A DNA stretch of 64,000 nucleotides from Candidatus Omnitrophota bacterium (GTDB taxonomy: Bacteria > Omnitrophota > Gorgyraeia > Gygaellales > Profunditerraquicolaceae). This document shows positions 47,711 through 56,315 of the stretch, in pieces (position 1 is the stretch's first letter; each line of letters starts with the position of its first letter). Below the pieces are notes generated by a model, which saw only the letters and a list, made by a program, of their open reading frames with translations, was not told the origin of the DNA and searched no databases. A program made the position numbers and the translations under genes. The stretch spans positions 68,766 through 132,765 of the forward strand of contig JBEKHW010000001.1 in the NCBI GenBank assembly GCA_050012075.1. Direction: 5' to 3'.

Positions 47711-48925
47711 TTATTCGTATTTAATCTCATCCAGATAGAAGGTCGCGCCTTCCGGGTTGTTATCGATATTTGCCGACCAGCAGAATCCTCCGATTACGTA
47801 TGACATATCCTTGCCTTTTAAATCTATTGTATACTGCTGCCAATCTTTGGTAAGGATAACCGGCCCTATCACTGCGCTGTCAGAATCAGAGAACTCTCCC
47901 ATAATGCCGCCAACCTTGAATTCTTCTATGCGTTCGCCGCCCTTTGCGCCCTTAGCCCAAAAGGTTAGCTTTACGGCCTTAGAGAGATCGTATCCGCCAT
48001 CGATGGTGCCCCAGTTGTTCGCGGGATGCTGCCAGAAAATACCTGCCCATCGCGCGCCCTGCGCTGCTTTGCCGTTGTAGATAATCTTGATGCAGCTGTC
48101 GCCTAAATAGGCGTCTTCGCGGGAGGCATTATCATATTTTATATCTCCGTAATCACCCATCCAGCCTGAAGGAATAAAATGATTTTTAGGTGATGAGCTG
48201 TCGGAATAGATATAAAATGGCATTGCCTCGGATTTTTTTGCCTCAGGCTTCATGGCAGTATCTGCTTCATATTTGACGTCATCAATATAGAATGTGCAGC
48301 CTTGCGGAGCGAGGTCCGAGGTAATCACCCAGCCAAACCCTCCGTTTATATAGGAAAGGTCTTTGCCTGCCAGGTTAACCGTATATTGTTTCCAGGTATC
48401 TGTCAATTCAATCGGCCCCATTTCTACTGATGTTGAATCAGGATACACGCCTTTTATGCCGCCGACTATCACCTTTTGCAGGACCTCGCCGCCCTTTGCG
48501 CCCTTTGCCCAAAAGGTAAGTTTGGTCATGCCGGTAAGGTCAAAGCCGCCTTTTTTATTTCCCCAGTTGTTGGCGGGATTCTGCCAATAAACACCTGCCC
48601 AGCCCAATCCTTGCGATTTCTTGGCGCTGTAGGTAAATTGAATACAGGTGGTGCCGGAATGAGGGGTCTCCGTCGCCTGGTCGTTCATCTTGATATCGCC
48701 GTAATCACCCATCCAGCCTGAAGGAATAAAATGATTTTCGCGGTTAGCCTTATCGCTATAGACCGCAAATTCCTTTTTTTCCGGGGCTTTTGGTGCTACC
48801 GTTACCGTCGTAGCTGCCGTTGACACAGTCGTTGTCGTAGTTGTGGTAGTATTGGCAACTTCTTCGGCAAATACGCATGGCGTAATTACCGCAAGAACAG
48901 CCAAAATTACTAATAACTTTTTCAT
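47711..48925 (-). CDS. Secreted protein with a poly-Thr linker and two tandem roughly 170-aa repeat domains (carbohydrate-binding-like)
   Basis: A strong SD (gaggaggtg) precedes Met11 (MKKLLVILAVLA...). Internal duplication: HFIPSGWMGDYGDIK...LTFWAKGAKGGE appears twice. Confidence 0.5.
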   Translation of the reverse strand: MKKLLVILAVLAVITPCVFAEEVANTTTTTTTTVSTAATTVTVAPKAPEKKEFAVYSDKANRENHFIPSGWMGDYGDIKMNDQATETPHSGTTCIQFTYSAKKSQGLGWAGVYWQNPANNWGNKKGGFDLTGMTKLTFWAKGAKGGEVLQKVIVGGIKGVYPDSTSVEMGPIELTDTWKQYTVNLAGKDLSYINGGFGWVITSDLAPQGCTFYIDDVKYEADTAMKPEAKKSEAMPFYIYSDSSSPKNHFIPSGWMGDYGDIKYDNASREDAYLGDSCIKIIYNGKAAQGARWAGIFWQHPANNWGTIDGGYDLSKAVKLTFWAKGAKGGERIEEFKVGGIMGEFSDSDSAVIGPVILTKDWQQYTIDLKGKDMSYVIGGFCWSANIDNNPEGATFYLDEIKYE

Positions 48926-49009
48926 ACACACCTCCTCATTTGGTTCATGGTTCATGGCAAAATATTCTACTATGAACTATGAACTATCAACTATCAACTA
49001 TGAACTATA

Positions 49010-51355
49010 TCATTTCTTCCAAAGTTTTTTATATACAAAGTAGCTTTTGCGTAATTGCCTTAAAAAGGGGCTAAGCTTTCCTTCGCCCTGGCCGCATAAA
49101 CCAAGCCATTCTTCATGCATATAGCCATCCGGAAATGGCCCGGCGAACAAGCCTCTCGTATCATGCACGGACGGCTCATATGCTTTCCACCATTCATCCA
49201 GGTATTCAAAAACAACCCCGCCTATGGAATTCCCCGCGCCTGTCTCGAAAGCCATGTTATTCTCGATATCTTCCCACGAGCCCTTATGATATTCGGCCTG
49301 GAGCTCTTCTGCTTCATCAATGCTCTTACCGTCCGCGTAAGCCGGGCAGCCGAATTCAGTGATGAATACAGGTTTATCCGCTTCCTCTTTTACGCCCTCC
49401 CAAAGACGGCCGAATCCGGAGTTGCCCCTGTAAACATTGGTCCCAAAAATATCTATGTCTGGCGCGTCCTTGCCAAACTTATCCAGATATAGTGTATCGC
49501 CGCTACATATGGCTACGGGATGCTCGGGGTCGATTTCTTTTATTCTCCTGGCCACCTCATTTGCAAATTTAAAAAAGGTGTCCGGTTCTTTATCGGCATT
49601 ACAGGCCAGGCCATACACGTTTTCATTCCCTAAAAGCCAGAAAAGAATAAACGGCTCGTCTTTAAATTCCGTTACCATCCTGACTACTGAATCCATCATA
49701 TTCTTTTTCTGTTCCTCATTATTGTAATCTGTTCCCGGATTCCATGGCGCGCCAGAGCCCAGGGCGTATTTTCCCAGGAAATCACCCATGATTACCCTTA
49801 TCCCGTAAGTTTTATACAGGTCGCGCAGAAGCTCTTTATTTACCGGATACGGCTGATGGTACAACCGGACCGTATTTGTCCCTAAGCTCTGTATAAGGAA
49901 GAAATCGCCTATAGAGGGCTCGTCTTTATCCTGGATATTATTGCGGTTCCTATCCACAAAAGCATCATAGGGCCCATCGATTTTTCCGTTTTTATTAAAG
50001 TCGTCATACATCCAGTTGGTCATAGTCTTATCATCCGGGGATTGCCCTACCTTTGTCGGCGCGTAAGTTATACCTTTAATTATATAGGGCTTGCCTTCAA
50101 CAGTAAGTTGCCAGTCACCTGTTTCGTATTGCAGGAGGTGCACTTTTCCTTTACCGAGGCGGCGCTTTATGCTTAAGAGGTTTATGTCCGGCTTTGATTT
50201 AATTTTATCAAGAATATTTACTTTTACGAATTTCCCGGGGCTGGCGACGACTATATCGTTAGCCACATCATTGTCATAACCATTTATTATCTTTATGTCG
50301 GCGTCCTCAAGTTTATAACCTAACTGCGGATTGCGGCGCAGTAAATAATCTATCCTGTCTATCGCTGCCTGACCGACGTACCAGGGGGTGTGCCAATAAG
50401 TCCAGCCGTAAGCGCCGGGAAAATGCACGACAATAGCGTAATAACATTTTATGGCATGTTTAATAAGTCCTGCCTTCTCCAGGATAAAAGCGGTATAAAA
50501 TAATTTAACCCCCTGCGGCTCTGGGGCAATGGCCCACCTCAAAAACGCCGACTCTAAATCAGGGGTATGCAGATAATCCCAGTGCGGGCACTCCAGGCGC
50601 TTCTCTTTCATAGCCGTCTTAAATTCCGGGTCCCATCTTACTGAAGTGCTATTAGGATAAATCGCCTCGCCCACCGCAGCCATTAATCCTTCCTGGTCTT
50701 TAACCTCGTATTTATAATCCTTTGTGCCCACATTCTTAAACTCGCCGTATTTGGCGTAGTTGACGAAATCTTCCTTTCCCGGGTCATAAAGGGTTATTTT
50801 GGTGGGGGTTTTGCTTATCTGGCACTCTTTCTTTTTTTCATCTATTACGCCCGGGCATTTGCAGGGGACGGTATCCGCGGGAGTTATCTTGATAATGCTT
50901 TCGCGGCTTGCTTTCGCCACTTTCCAGAACCAGCCACGGGGGTCCCATGCCTGGGCAAAACAATAGTTGTCCACAACGATCCGAAAGGCTTTTAGCGCCT
51001 CATCATTATTTTTCTTTATATCGCGCCAGGCCTCTGCCTGGATAAAATAGGCGGTGCCTACGTCATTTAACGATTGCAGCGCTTCAATATCCGGCCGGTT
51101 AACCGGAAATCCACGCAGGGAGTTTTGCTGTTTGTCTGCCTGGTCTTTATAAAGCTGGATGATTTGAGCGGTGTATTGCATGGTTTCATCAAACTTGCCT
51201 TCACCTTTAGCTGCCCAGGCCTTTACGATTAACTCTCCGGAGGTGGGTTTGGCCGCAGGTGCCGCAGTATTTTCTGCGAAAGCAAAAGTTATTGCTAGGC
51301 ATACTATGAACCATGAACTATGAACTATGAACAACTTTCTAAATTGAGGCATCAT
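49010..51355 (-). CDS. Large secreted glycoside hydrolase, clan GH-A TIM barrel (paralog of 46339..47622) with an N-terminal extension domain
   Basis: 781 aa. Signal peptide and WLLGNENVYG motif. Start overlaps the upstream permease stop as ATGA. Confidence 0.55.
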   Translation of the reverse strand: MMPQFRKLFIVHSSWFIVCLAITFAFAENTAAPAAKPTSGELIVKAWAAKGEGKFDETMQYTAQIIQLYKDQADKQQNSLRGFPVNRPDIEALQSLNDVGTAYFIQAEAWRDIKKNNDEALKAFRIVVDNYCFAQAWDPRGWFWKVAKASRESIIKITPADTVPCKCPGVIDEKKKECQISKTPTKITLYDPGKEDFVNYAKYGEFKNVGTKDYKYEVKDQEGLMAAVGEAIYPNSTSVRWDPEFKTAMKEKRLECPHWDYLHTPDLESAFLRWAIAPEPQGVKLFYTAFILEKAGLIKHAIKCYYAIVVHFPGAYGWTYWHTPWYVGQAAIDRIDYLLRRNPQLGYKLEDADIKIINGYDNDVANDIVVASPGKFVKVNILDKIKSKPDINLLSIKRRLGKGKVHLLQYETGDWQLTVEGKPYIIKGITYAPTKVGQSPDDKTMTNWMYDDFNKNGKIDGPYDAFVDRNRNNIQDKDEPSIGDFFLIQSLGTNTVRLYHQPYPVNKELLRDLYKTYGIRVIMGDFLGKYALGSGAPWNPGTDYNNEEQKKNMMDSVVRMVTEFKDEPFILFWLLGNENVYGLACNADKEPDTFFKFANEVARRIKEIDPEHPVAICSGDTLYLDKFGKDAPDIDIFGTNVYRGNSGFGRLWEGVKEEADKPVFITEFGCPAYADGKSIDEAEELQAEYHKGSWEDIENNMAFETGAGNSIGGVVFEYLDEWWKAYEPSVHDTRGLFAGPFPDGYMHEEWLGLCGQGEGKLSPFLRQLRKSYFVYKKLWKK

Positions 51356-52200
51356 CCTACAACCGCTCCTTGTGTTACGCCCTTAACAATATACTTCTGC
51401 ATCAACAGATATACTATTATTATAGGTAGGGCGGTAATGGTAAGCCCTGCCATTAAAAGCGGGTAATTGGTAACAAACTCCCCCTGGAATGTCTGTAGCG
51501 CTACCTGTAAAGGCATAAATTTACGGTCGTCGAATATAATGAGCGCTAGTATATATTCATTCCAGACGCTAAGCGCGTTAAAGACTACAACCACTGCCAG
51601 TACCGGTTTTGCCAAAGGAAGCGCTACGTGCCACCAGATGCCCAGCTTCGAACAGCCGTCAATACGCGCGGCATCCTCCAGTTCCTTGGGCATTTTATCG
51701 AAAAATGTTTTCAAAAGGAAGATGCTCGTGGATAACCCTACGTTTATCATACACAGGATATAACCTACAGGCGTGTTTCTCAGGTGCAGTTTATTAAGAA
51801 GCACGTAAAGGGCAACGAAACTTCCCGGTATGGGAATCATCATCGCGGCCATAAACATTATAAACAGGATATTTCTTCCCGGAAATTTAAAGCGCGAGAA
51901 GGCATAAGCAGCAAGCGAGGCGATAATAATAATGCCGAATACCACGGCAGTGGTATAGAGAATACTGTTAAGAAAATTCCCTCCGAACCCCCCTTCTTTC
52001 CAGGCAAGTATATAATTCTGCCAGTGAGGATGATGGGGCAGCAAAGATAAATCTTTAAATATGGTATCCTGGGTCTTGAGGCTCGAAGATACCATCCATA
52101 ACAAAGGGAATAAACAGGTAACAGTAACAGAAAGCAGCAATAGATGCACCAATACGTTAATTGTAATTTTCTTGGCCTTATAATAAACAGGCGTTCTCAT
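51352..52200 (-). CDS. Carbohydrate ABC transporter permease (MalG-like)
   Basis: 282 aa, 6 TM helices. EAA loop is DAARIDGCSKLGIWWHVALPLAKP. Confidence 0.85.
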   Translation of the reverse strand: MRTPVYYKAKKITINVLVHLLLLSVTVTCLFPLLWMVSSSLKTQDTIFKDLSLLPHHPHWQNYILAWKEGGFGGNFLNSILYTTAVVFGIIIIASLAAYAFSRFKFPGRNILFIMFMAAMMIPIPGSFVALYVLLNKLHLRNTPVGYILCMINVGLSTSIFLLKTFFDKMPKELEDAARIDGCSKLGIWWHVALPLAKPVLAVVVVFNALSVWNEYILALIIFDDRKFMPLQVALQTFQGEFVTNYPLLMAGLTITALPIIIVYLLMQKYIVKGVTQGAVVG

Positions 52201-52210
52201 ATACCCTTCC

Positions 52211-52286
52211 AGGGACGGTTCTCAATTCAATCGGAGAAGTGTCCCGGAACAGGGACGGTTCTCGCTTTGGTTTGAGAACCGTCCCT
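52211..52286. repeat. REP doublet between the two ABC permease genes
   Basis: Differs from 47626-47701 at a single base. Confidence 0.7.
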
Positions 52287-52292
52287 GCATAT

Positions 52293-53186
52293 TTAACTCC
52301 TGGATTTTCTGGAAATCCGGTATTGCACAAAAGAAATCGCCATAAGAATCGCGCCGAAATTAATACCCAGCGCGCAGGCATATCCAAAGCGGGAAGAACC
52401 GCGCATTGCCGCTAAAATCCTTAATACAGGCATAGAGGTGTGCCCCGCGAATTCTCCACCGACAAGCCCGATAATCAGGACAAATACCTGCATGGTCCCC
52501 AGGATCGTTAGTATGGCCACCAGCACCATCACCGGTATCATGAGGGGCACGGTAATCTCCTTGAATTGCCGCCAGGCATTTGCTCCATCTACCCTTGCTG
52601 CCTCGTAAAGTTCCCGCGGTATGGTCTGTAACCCTGCCAGGAATATCAGGAATCCCCAGCCAAAACCCTTCCAGCAGTGAACAATCGCTACCGTAGTAAG
52701 GGCCGTTTTAGGGTCAGAAAGCCAGTTGTGCGCCAATTGCGGCAGCCCCATGCCAATAAGAGAACGGTTGATAATATTTGCCCCGTCTACATCGTTAATA
52801 ATAAAGCGCCAGGCCATGCCGACTACGATCTCTGAAAGGACCGGAGGGATAAAAAATACCACGCGGTAAAAATTTTTCAGGCGTATCTCCCTGTCACAGG
52901 CCCAGGCCAATAGAAATGCCAATATATTCTGGAAAGTGAGCGCTATCAACGTGACGTATCCGGCATTCCCGATGGACTGCCACCAGCTCTGGTCGGTAAA
53001 AATGGCCTCCTTAAAATTTGCCAGGCCGATAAAGGGCTTGAGCCGGCTTATGCCGTCCCAGTCGGTAAAACTTAAATAAAAAACGTTGATAAAAGGAATG
53101 ATGTAGAATATGGAAAATATAAGCACGGCGGGCAAAACAAACATGTAGTTTTCTGTTGTTGATTTTAATTTCATACGATTTGCCAC
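52293..53186 (-). CDS. Carbohydrate ABC transporter permease (MalF-like)
   Basis: 297 aa. EAA loop is EAARVDGANAWRQFKEITVPLMIP. Confidence 0.85.
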   Translation of the reverse strand: MANRMKLKSTTENYMFVLPAVLIFSIFYIIPFINVFYLSFTDWDGISRLKPFIGLANFKEAIFTDQSWWQSIGNAGYVTLIALTFQNILAFLLAWACDREIRLKNFYRVVFFIPPVLSEIVVGMAWRFIINDVDGANIINRSLIGMGLPQLAHNWLSDPKTALTTVAIVHCWKGFGWGFLIFLAGLQTIPRELYEAARVDGANAWRQFKEITVPLMIPVMVLVAILTILGTMQVFVLIIGLVGGEFAGHTSMPVLRILAAMRGSSRFGYACALGINFGAILMAISFVQYRISRKSRS

Positions 53187-53200
53187 CTGTTACCTAAAAC

Positions 53201-54514
53201 CTATGGCCTTTTTTTAGCTAACTCCCGCTCTTTTACCTTCTGCACTTCCCGGGCCACCTGTTCAGGCGTCTTTTCTCCGATAATAATCGACTGAATTCCC
53301 CTGTCCCAGGCCTCGATAACCGCAGAAAATTCTGAAACGCCCCAGACATTAGGGTGGGTAGCTACGTCCATACCCTTGGCAAAATCCGCCAGTATATCCG
53401 GTATCTTTCCCAGGCAGTTTTTATTCGCAGGCAGGTTATTGGTTTCCTGCGCCAGGTATGCCTGCTGATCTCTATCGGTAAGCCACTGTAAGAATTTTAC
53501 CGCTTCTTCTTTATTTTTGGAATGCGCGCTTATCATGAAAGATGAACCAGCGCCTCCCCAGATACTCATCGGAAAATTGATCGAGGCCTGAGGCGGAAGC
53601 ATAACGCCGTAGTCAAGCTTGGAGTTCATTCCTTTATATACATTGACACACCAGGAACCGTTAAAGGCAAAGACTGCTTTTTCGTTGGCAAAAAGCTGCT
53701 CTGCGGTCTTATTGACCATGGTCACAAGGCCCTGGGCTAAAATACCGGATTCCCGCATCTGCCTGAAAATATCCAGCACCTCTATCCATGCCGGGTCAGT
53801 ATAAGGCACATCTCCCCGCAGCGTTGCCAATACCTTCTCTTTTCCCATGATGTTAAAGGCGTAGTCACTGGCGAAACAATCAATCATCCATAATTCTCCC
53901 CATCCTGAAACAAATCCCTGTACGCCGGCTGCCTGGATTTTCTTTCCTAACTCCAAAAACTCCTGGAAGGTCGCGGGAGGATTTCGGGGATTTAATCCCA
54001 GCTGTTTAATAAGATTCTTATTATAGACCATCTGTATGGTCATTATGTCTATGGGCGCGCCGTAAATACCCGGCGTTACACCGTAACTATTTGCCTCGGC
54101 AAATTCATTCACTGCCAGCGCCTTAGGAAAAAAATTATTTTTCCATTCGGCGTTATTTGCCTCCATATAAGTAGTGAGGTCAAGTATATGGCCTGCTTTT
54201 ATAAAAGAGGCAAAATCCCTTTTTTCTCCCAGTATCCCGAAAATATCAGGTAAATTCTCTCCCTGGGCTGCCGCGCGCACCTTCTGTGAATATGCATCCG
54301 ATGGCGCATAAAGCTGGAAATCAATTTTCACTCCTGTTTTTGCTTCGTAACGGCTGGCGAGTTCCTGAAAAACGGGTTCTCTATCCGTCATCCAGTGCCA
54401 TACGGTAAGAGTAACAGGGCGCTTGCCCTTTTTAGCATTGCACCCTGTCAGTAAAGGTAAGATTAAAATACCTGAAAATAATAAACTTAATAATATTATT
54501 GTTTTACGCCGCAT
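53201..54514 (-). CDS. Extracellular solute-binding lipoprotein of a sugar ABC transporter
   Basis: Family-1 SBP fold. The likely start is an internal Met giving the lipobox LLTGC; the ORF-track start at 54688 is a 5' extension. Confidence 0.8.
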   Translation of the reverse strand: MRRKTIILLSLLFSGILILPLLTGCNAKKGKRPVTLTVWHWMTDREPVFQELASRYEAKTGVKIDFQLYAPSDAYSQKVRAAAQGENLPDIFGILGEKRDFASFIKAGHILDLTTYMEANNAEWKNNFFPKALAVNEFAEANSYGVTPGIYGAPIDIMTIQMVYNKNLIKQLGLNPRNPPATFQEFLELGKKIQAAGVQGFVSGWGELWMIDCFASDYAFNIMGKEKVLATLRGDVPYTDPAWIEVLDIFRQMRESGILAQGLVTMVNKTAEQLFANEKAVFAFNGSWCVNVYKGMNSKLDYGVMLPPQASINFPMSIWGGAGSSFMISAHSKNKEEAVKFLQWLTDRDQQAYLAQETNNLPANKNCLGKIPDILADFAKGMDVATHPNVWGVSEFSAVIEAWDRGIQSIIIGEKTPEQVAREVQKVKERELAKKRP

Positions 54515-54741
54515 CTTTCCTATCCTTTCTTTTAATGGGGAATGGGATATATGAGGACGAATTACCTTAAAAACGAATACTAAAATGTAACATATATTTA
54601 CTTTTAGGTCAAGATTTTTTTGCCTACATTGGCATCTACCTGGCGCTAATCGGAATTGCGCCAGTATTGCCCTCGTGGGCAAACCCACGCAAGGCGTAAC
54701 TTCTTCACTCTCTTACCTATATGTGTATAGATAATCCTGCA

Positions 54742-55461
54742 TTACCTGGCTGCCAATAAGCCGGACATTCCCATTAAATTGGCCCTTTCAAGGTTCACGC
54801 CTACCCGGAAATTCTCCCTGCCGCCTTTTTCGCACCAGGCCACTTCCCCGCGTAAATAATGCGGCTCTTGCCTCCCCGGGACTTCTACCCACATCTCTAT
54901 GGGCGCGCTATTGGATAATTGCCCATTCAGGGTAATACCTAGCCCCTTGGCGCTGATATCGTTTGTCCAGCCCCTGCCTTCCTGGTTGGAAAATAAATCA
55001 ATGTAACGCAGGTTAAAGCGCGCCGGAAACCGTTCAAAAACCCGCTTGTCGGAAAACTTCTCTCCTTCCATATTCTCACCACCTTTCTTATTTTCTTCTT
55101 TGATACCCCTGCGCCATTCTTTCTTGATTTGTCCTGCGCAGTAGCGCCGGGCAAATTGGCTGATTTTTTCTTTATCGTCGTCGCTTATCTTACTAAAATA
55201 CAACCCGTATACATTATGGCCGTCTATTATCTTCTGCCAGGCCACCCAGCATGTTGCTTCTACAGAGCAATCCTTGCTTAGTGTAATGCGCAAGTTCTTA
55301 TAGGTATCTTTCTCTATCCTGCGGCTGATAATAATCTGCGCGCCCTTAAAACAAATATCCCTGAGCTGGCAATCGACAGATTCTTTACCGTCGCCCACTG
55401 CCACCTTTACCTGTTTATACAACAGGTAACGCTGGAATTCTCTACGCTCTTTAATCTCCAT
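54742..55461 (-). CDS. Tandem PilZ-domain protein
   Basis: 239 aa. Two RxxxR ... D/NxSxxG units: RREFQRY...LRDICFKGAQI and DKRVFERF...TNDISAKGLGI. Confidence 0.6.
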   Translation of the reverse strand: MEIKERREFQRYLLYKQVKVAVGDGKESVDCQLRDICFKGAQIIISRRIEKDTYKNLRITLSKDCSVEATCWVAWQKIIDGHNVYGLYFSKISDDDKEKISQFARRYCAGQIKKEWRRGIKEENKKGGENMEGEKFSDKRVFERFPARFNLRYIDLFSNQEGRGWTNDISAKGLGITLNGQLSNSAPIEMWVEVPGRQEPHYLRGEVAWCEKGGRENFRVGVNLERANLMGMSGLLAAR

Positions 55462-55467
55462 CGCCGT

Positions 55468-56262
55468 TTAACTAATGCCTGTCCACCACTGTTTTCTTAG
55501 CTCCTTCGGGAAATTGCTCTCAACATAATCATAGATCCTGGTTTTATATGCGTCATTGAGGTCGTGAAAGCGCAGCCCATAACAGCAATCCTGTTCGCCA
55601 TCCTGGCTCCAGGCAACAGACGCCTCTGTCCGAAAACCCAAACCGTCTGCCAGATCCACCCTTATCCTTGATAATGCTTCGGGAAATACCTTCCGGGGCA
55701 AAAACACACGCATCCCCTCGGTGCTTATATCCCTGACCGTACACGGCATCCCCCTGCCGCACTCTTGATCAAGCATGATCTGTGCCGGTTGATTCACTTC
55801 CCATCTCACCATCTTCCTGCGCTCATCCATCTTATTCTCACCTCCCTTCCCCGCTAGGGGACACCCGCGCAATTTCCCCACAGAGGGGACACCGGCGCAA
55901 TTCAAATAAGCGCCGGGTGCATGCATCGCACGAGGTGCTATTGTTTTCCCGTGGCTTTTCTGTACTAACTGGCGATTAATTAATTTAGACGCAGCTGTAA
56001 ATAAAATGGGCAACTCTCGTGCGGAAAGATACGGGGCAAGATGACGCGTTAAGGCATCACTTTTAGATGGGGTGTTGTCTGGAAGTTTTTCAAAATCCGC
56101 TCTTACCTGCAACATCTTTCCTCGTGTTGGCTTCCGGTGTTCTTGCGTAACAGAAACTTCTTGCTTCCCCAAAGGAGAAAATAAGTCTCTGCGCCTTCCG
56201 TGGCTAGATCGCAGGCTGCTATTGTTACCCATTATTATATCCCAAGTTACGTAAAATATCAT
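55468..56262 (-). CDS. PilZ-domain protein (PilZ at the C-terminus; N-terminal start uncertain)
   Basis: ERRKMVRWEV ... VRDISTEGMRVFLP. Confidence 0.5.
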   Translation of the reverse strand: MIFYVTWDIIMGNNSSLRSSHGRRRDLFSPLGKQEVSVTQEHRKPTRGKMLQVRADFEKLPDNTPSKSDALTRHLAPYLSARELPILFTAASKLINRQLVQKSHGKTIAPRAMHAPGAYLNCAGVPSVGKLRGCPLAGKGGENKMDERRKMVRWEVNQPAQIMLDQECGRGMPCTVRDISTEGMRVFLPRKVFPEALSRIRVDLADGLGFRTEASVAWSQDGEQDCCYGLRFHDLNDAYKTRIYDYVESNFPKELRKQWWTGIS

Positions 56263-56315
56263 ATTTTATTTTTACTCATTGTGTTGCTTTTAAAATATCC
56301 ACCTCTGCCCAAAAA

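Noticed and set aside
52178-52387. 69-aa minus-strand ORF overlapping the permease gene end
   Set aside because: It is translated from the REP doublet (..GTVLKPKREPSLFRDTSPIELRTVP..) and overlaps the 3' end of the permease gene. It is a repeat artefact.
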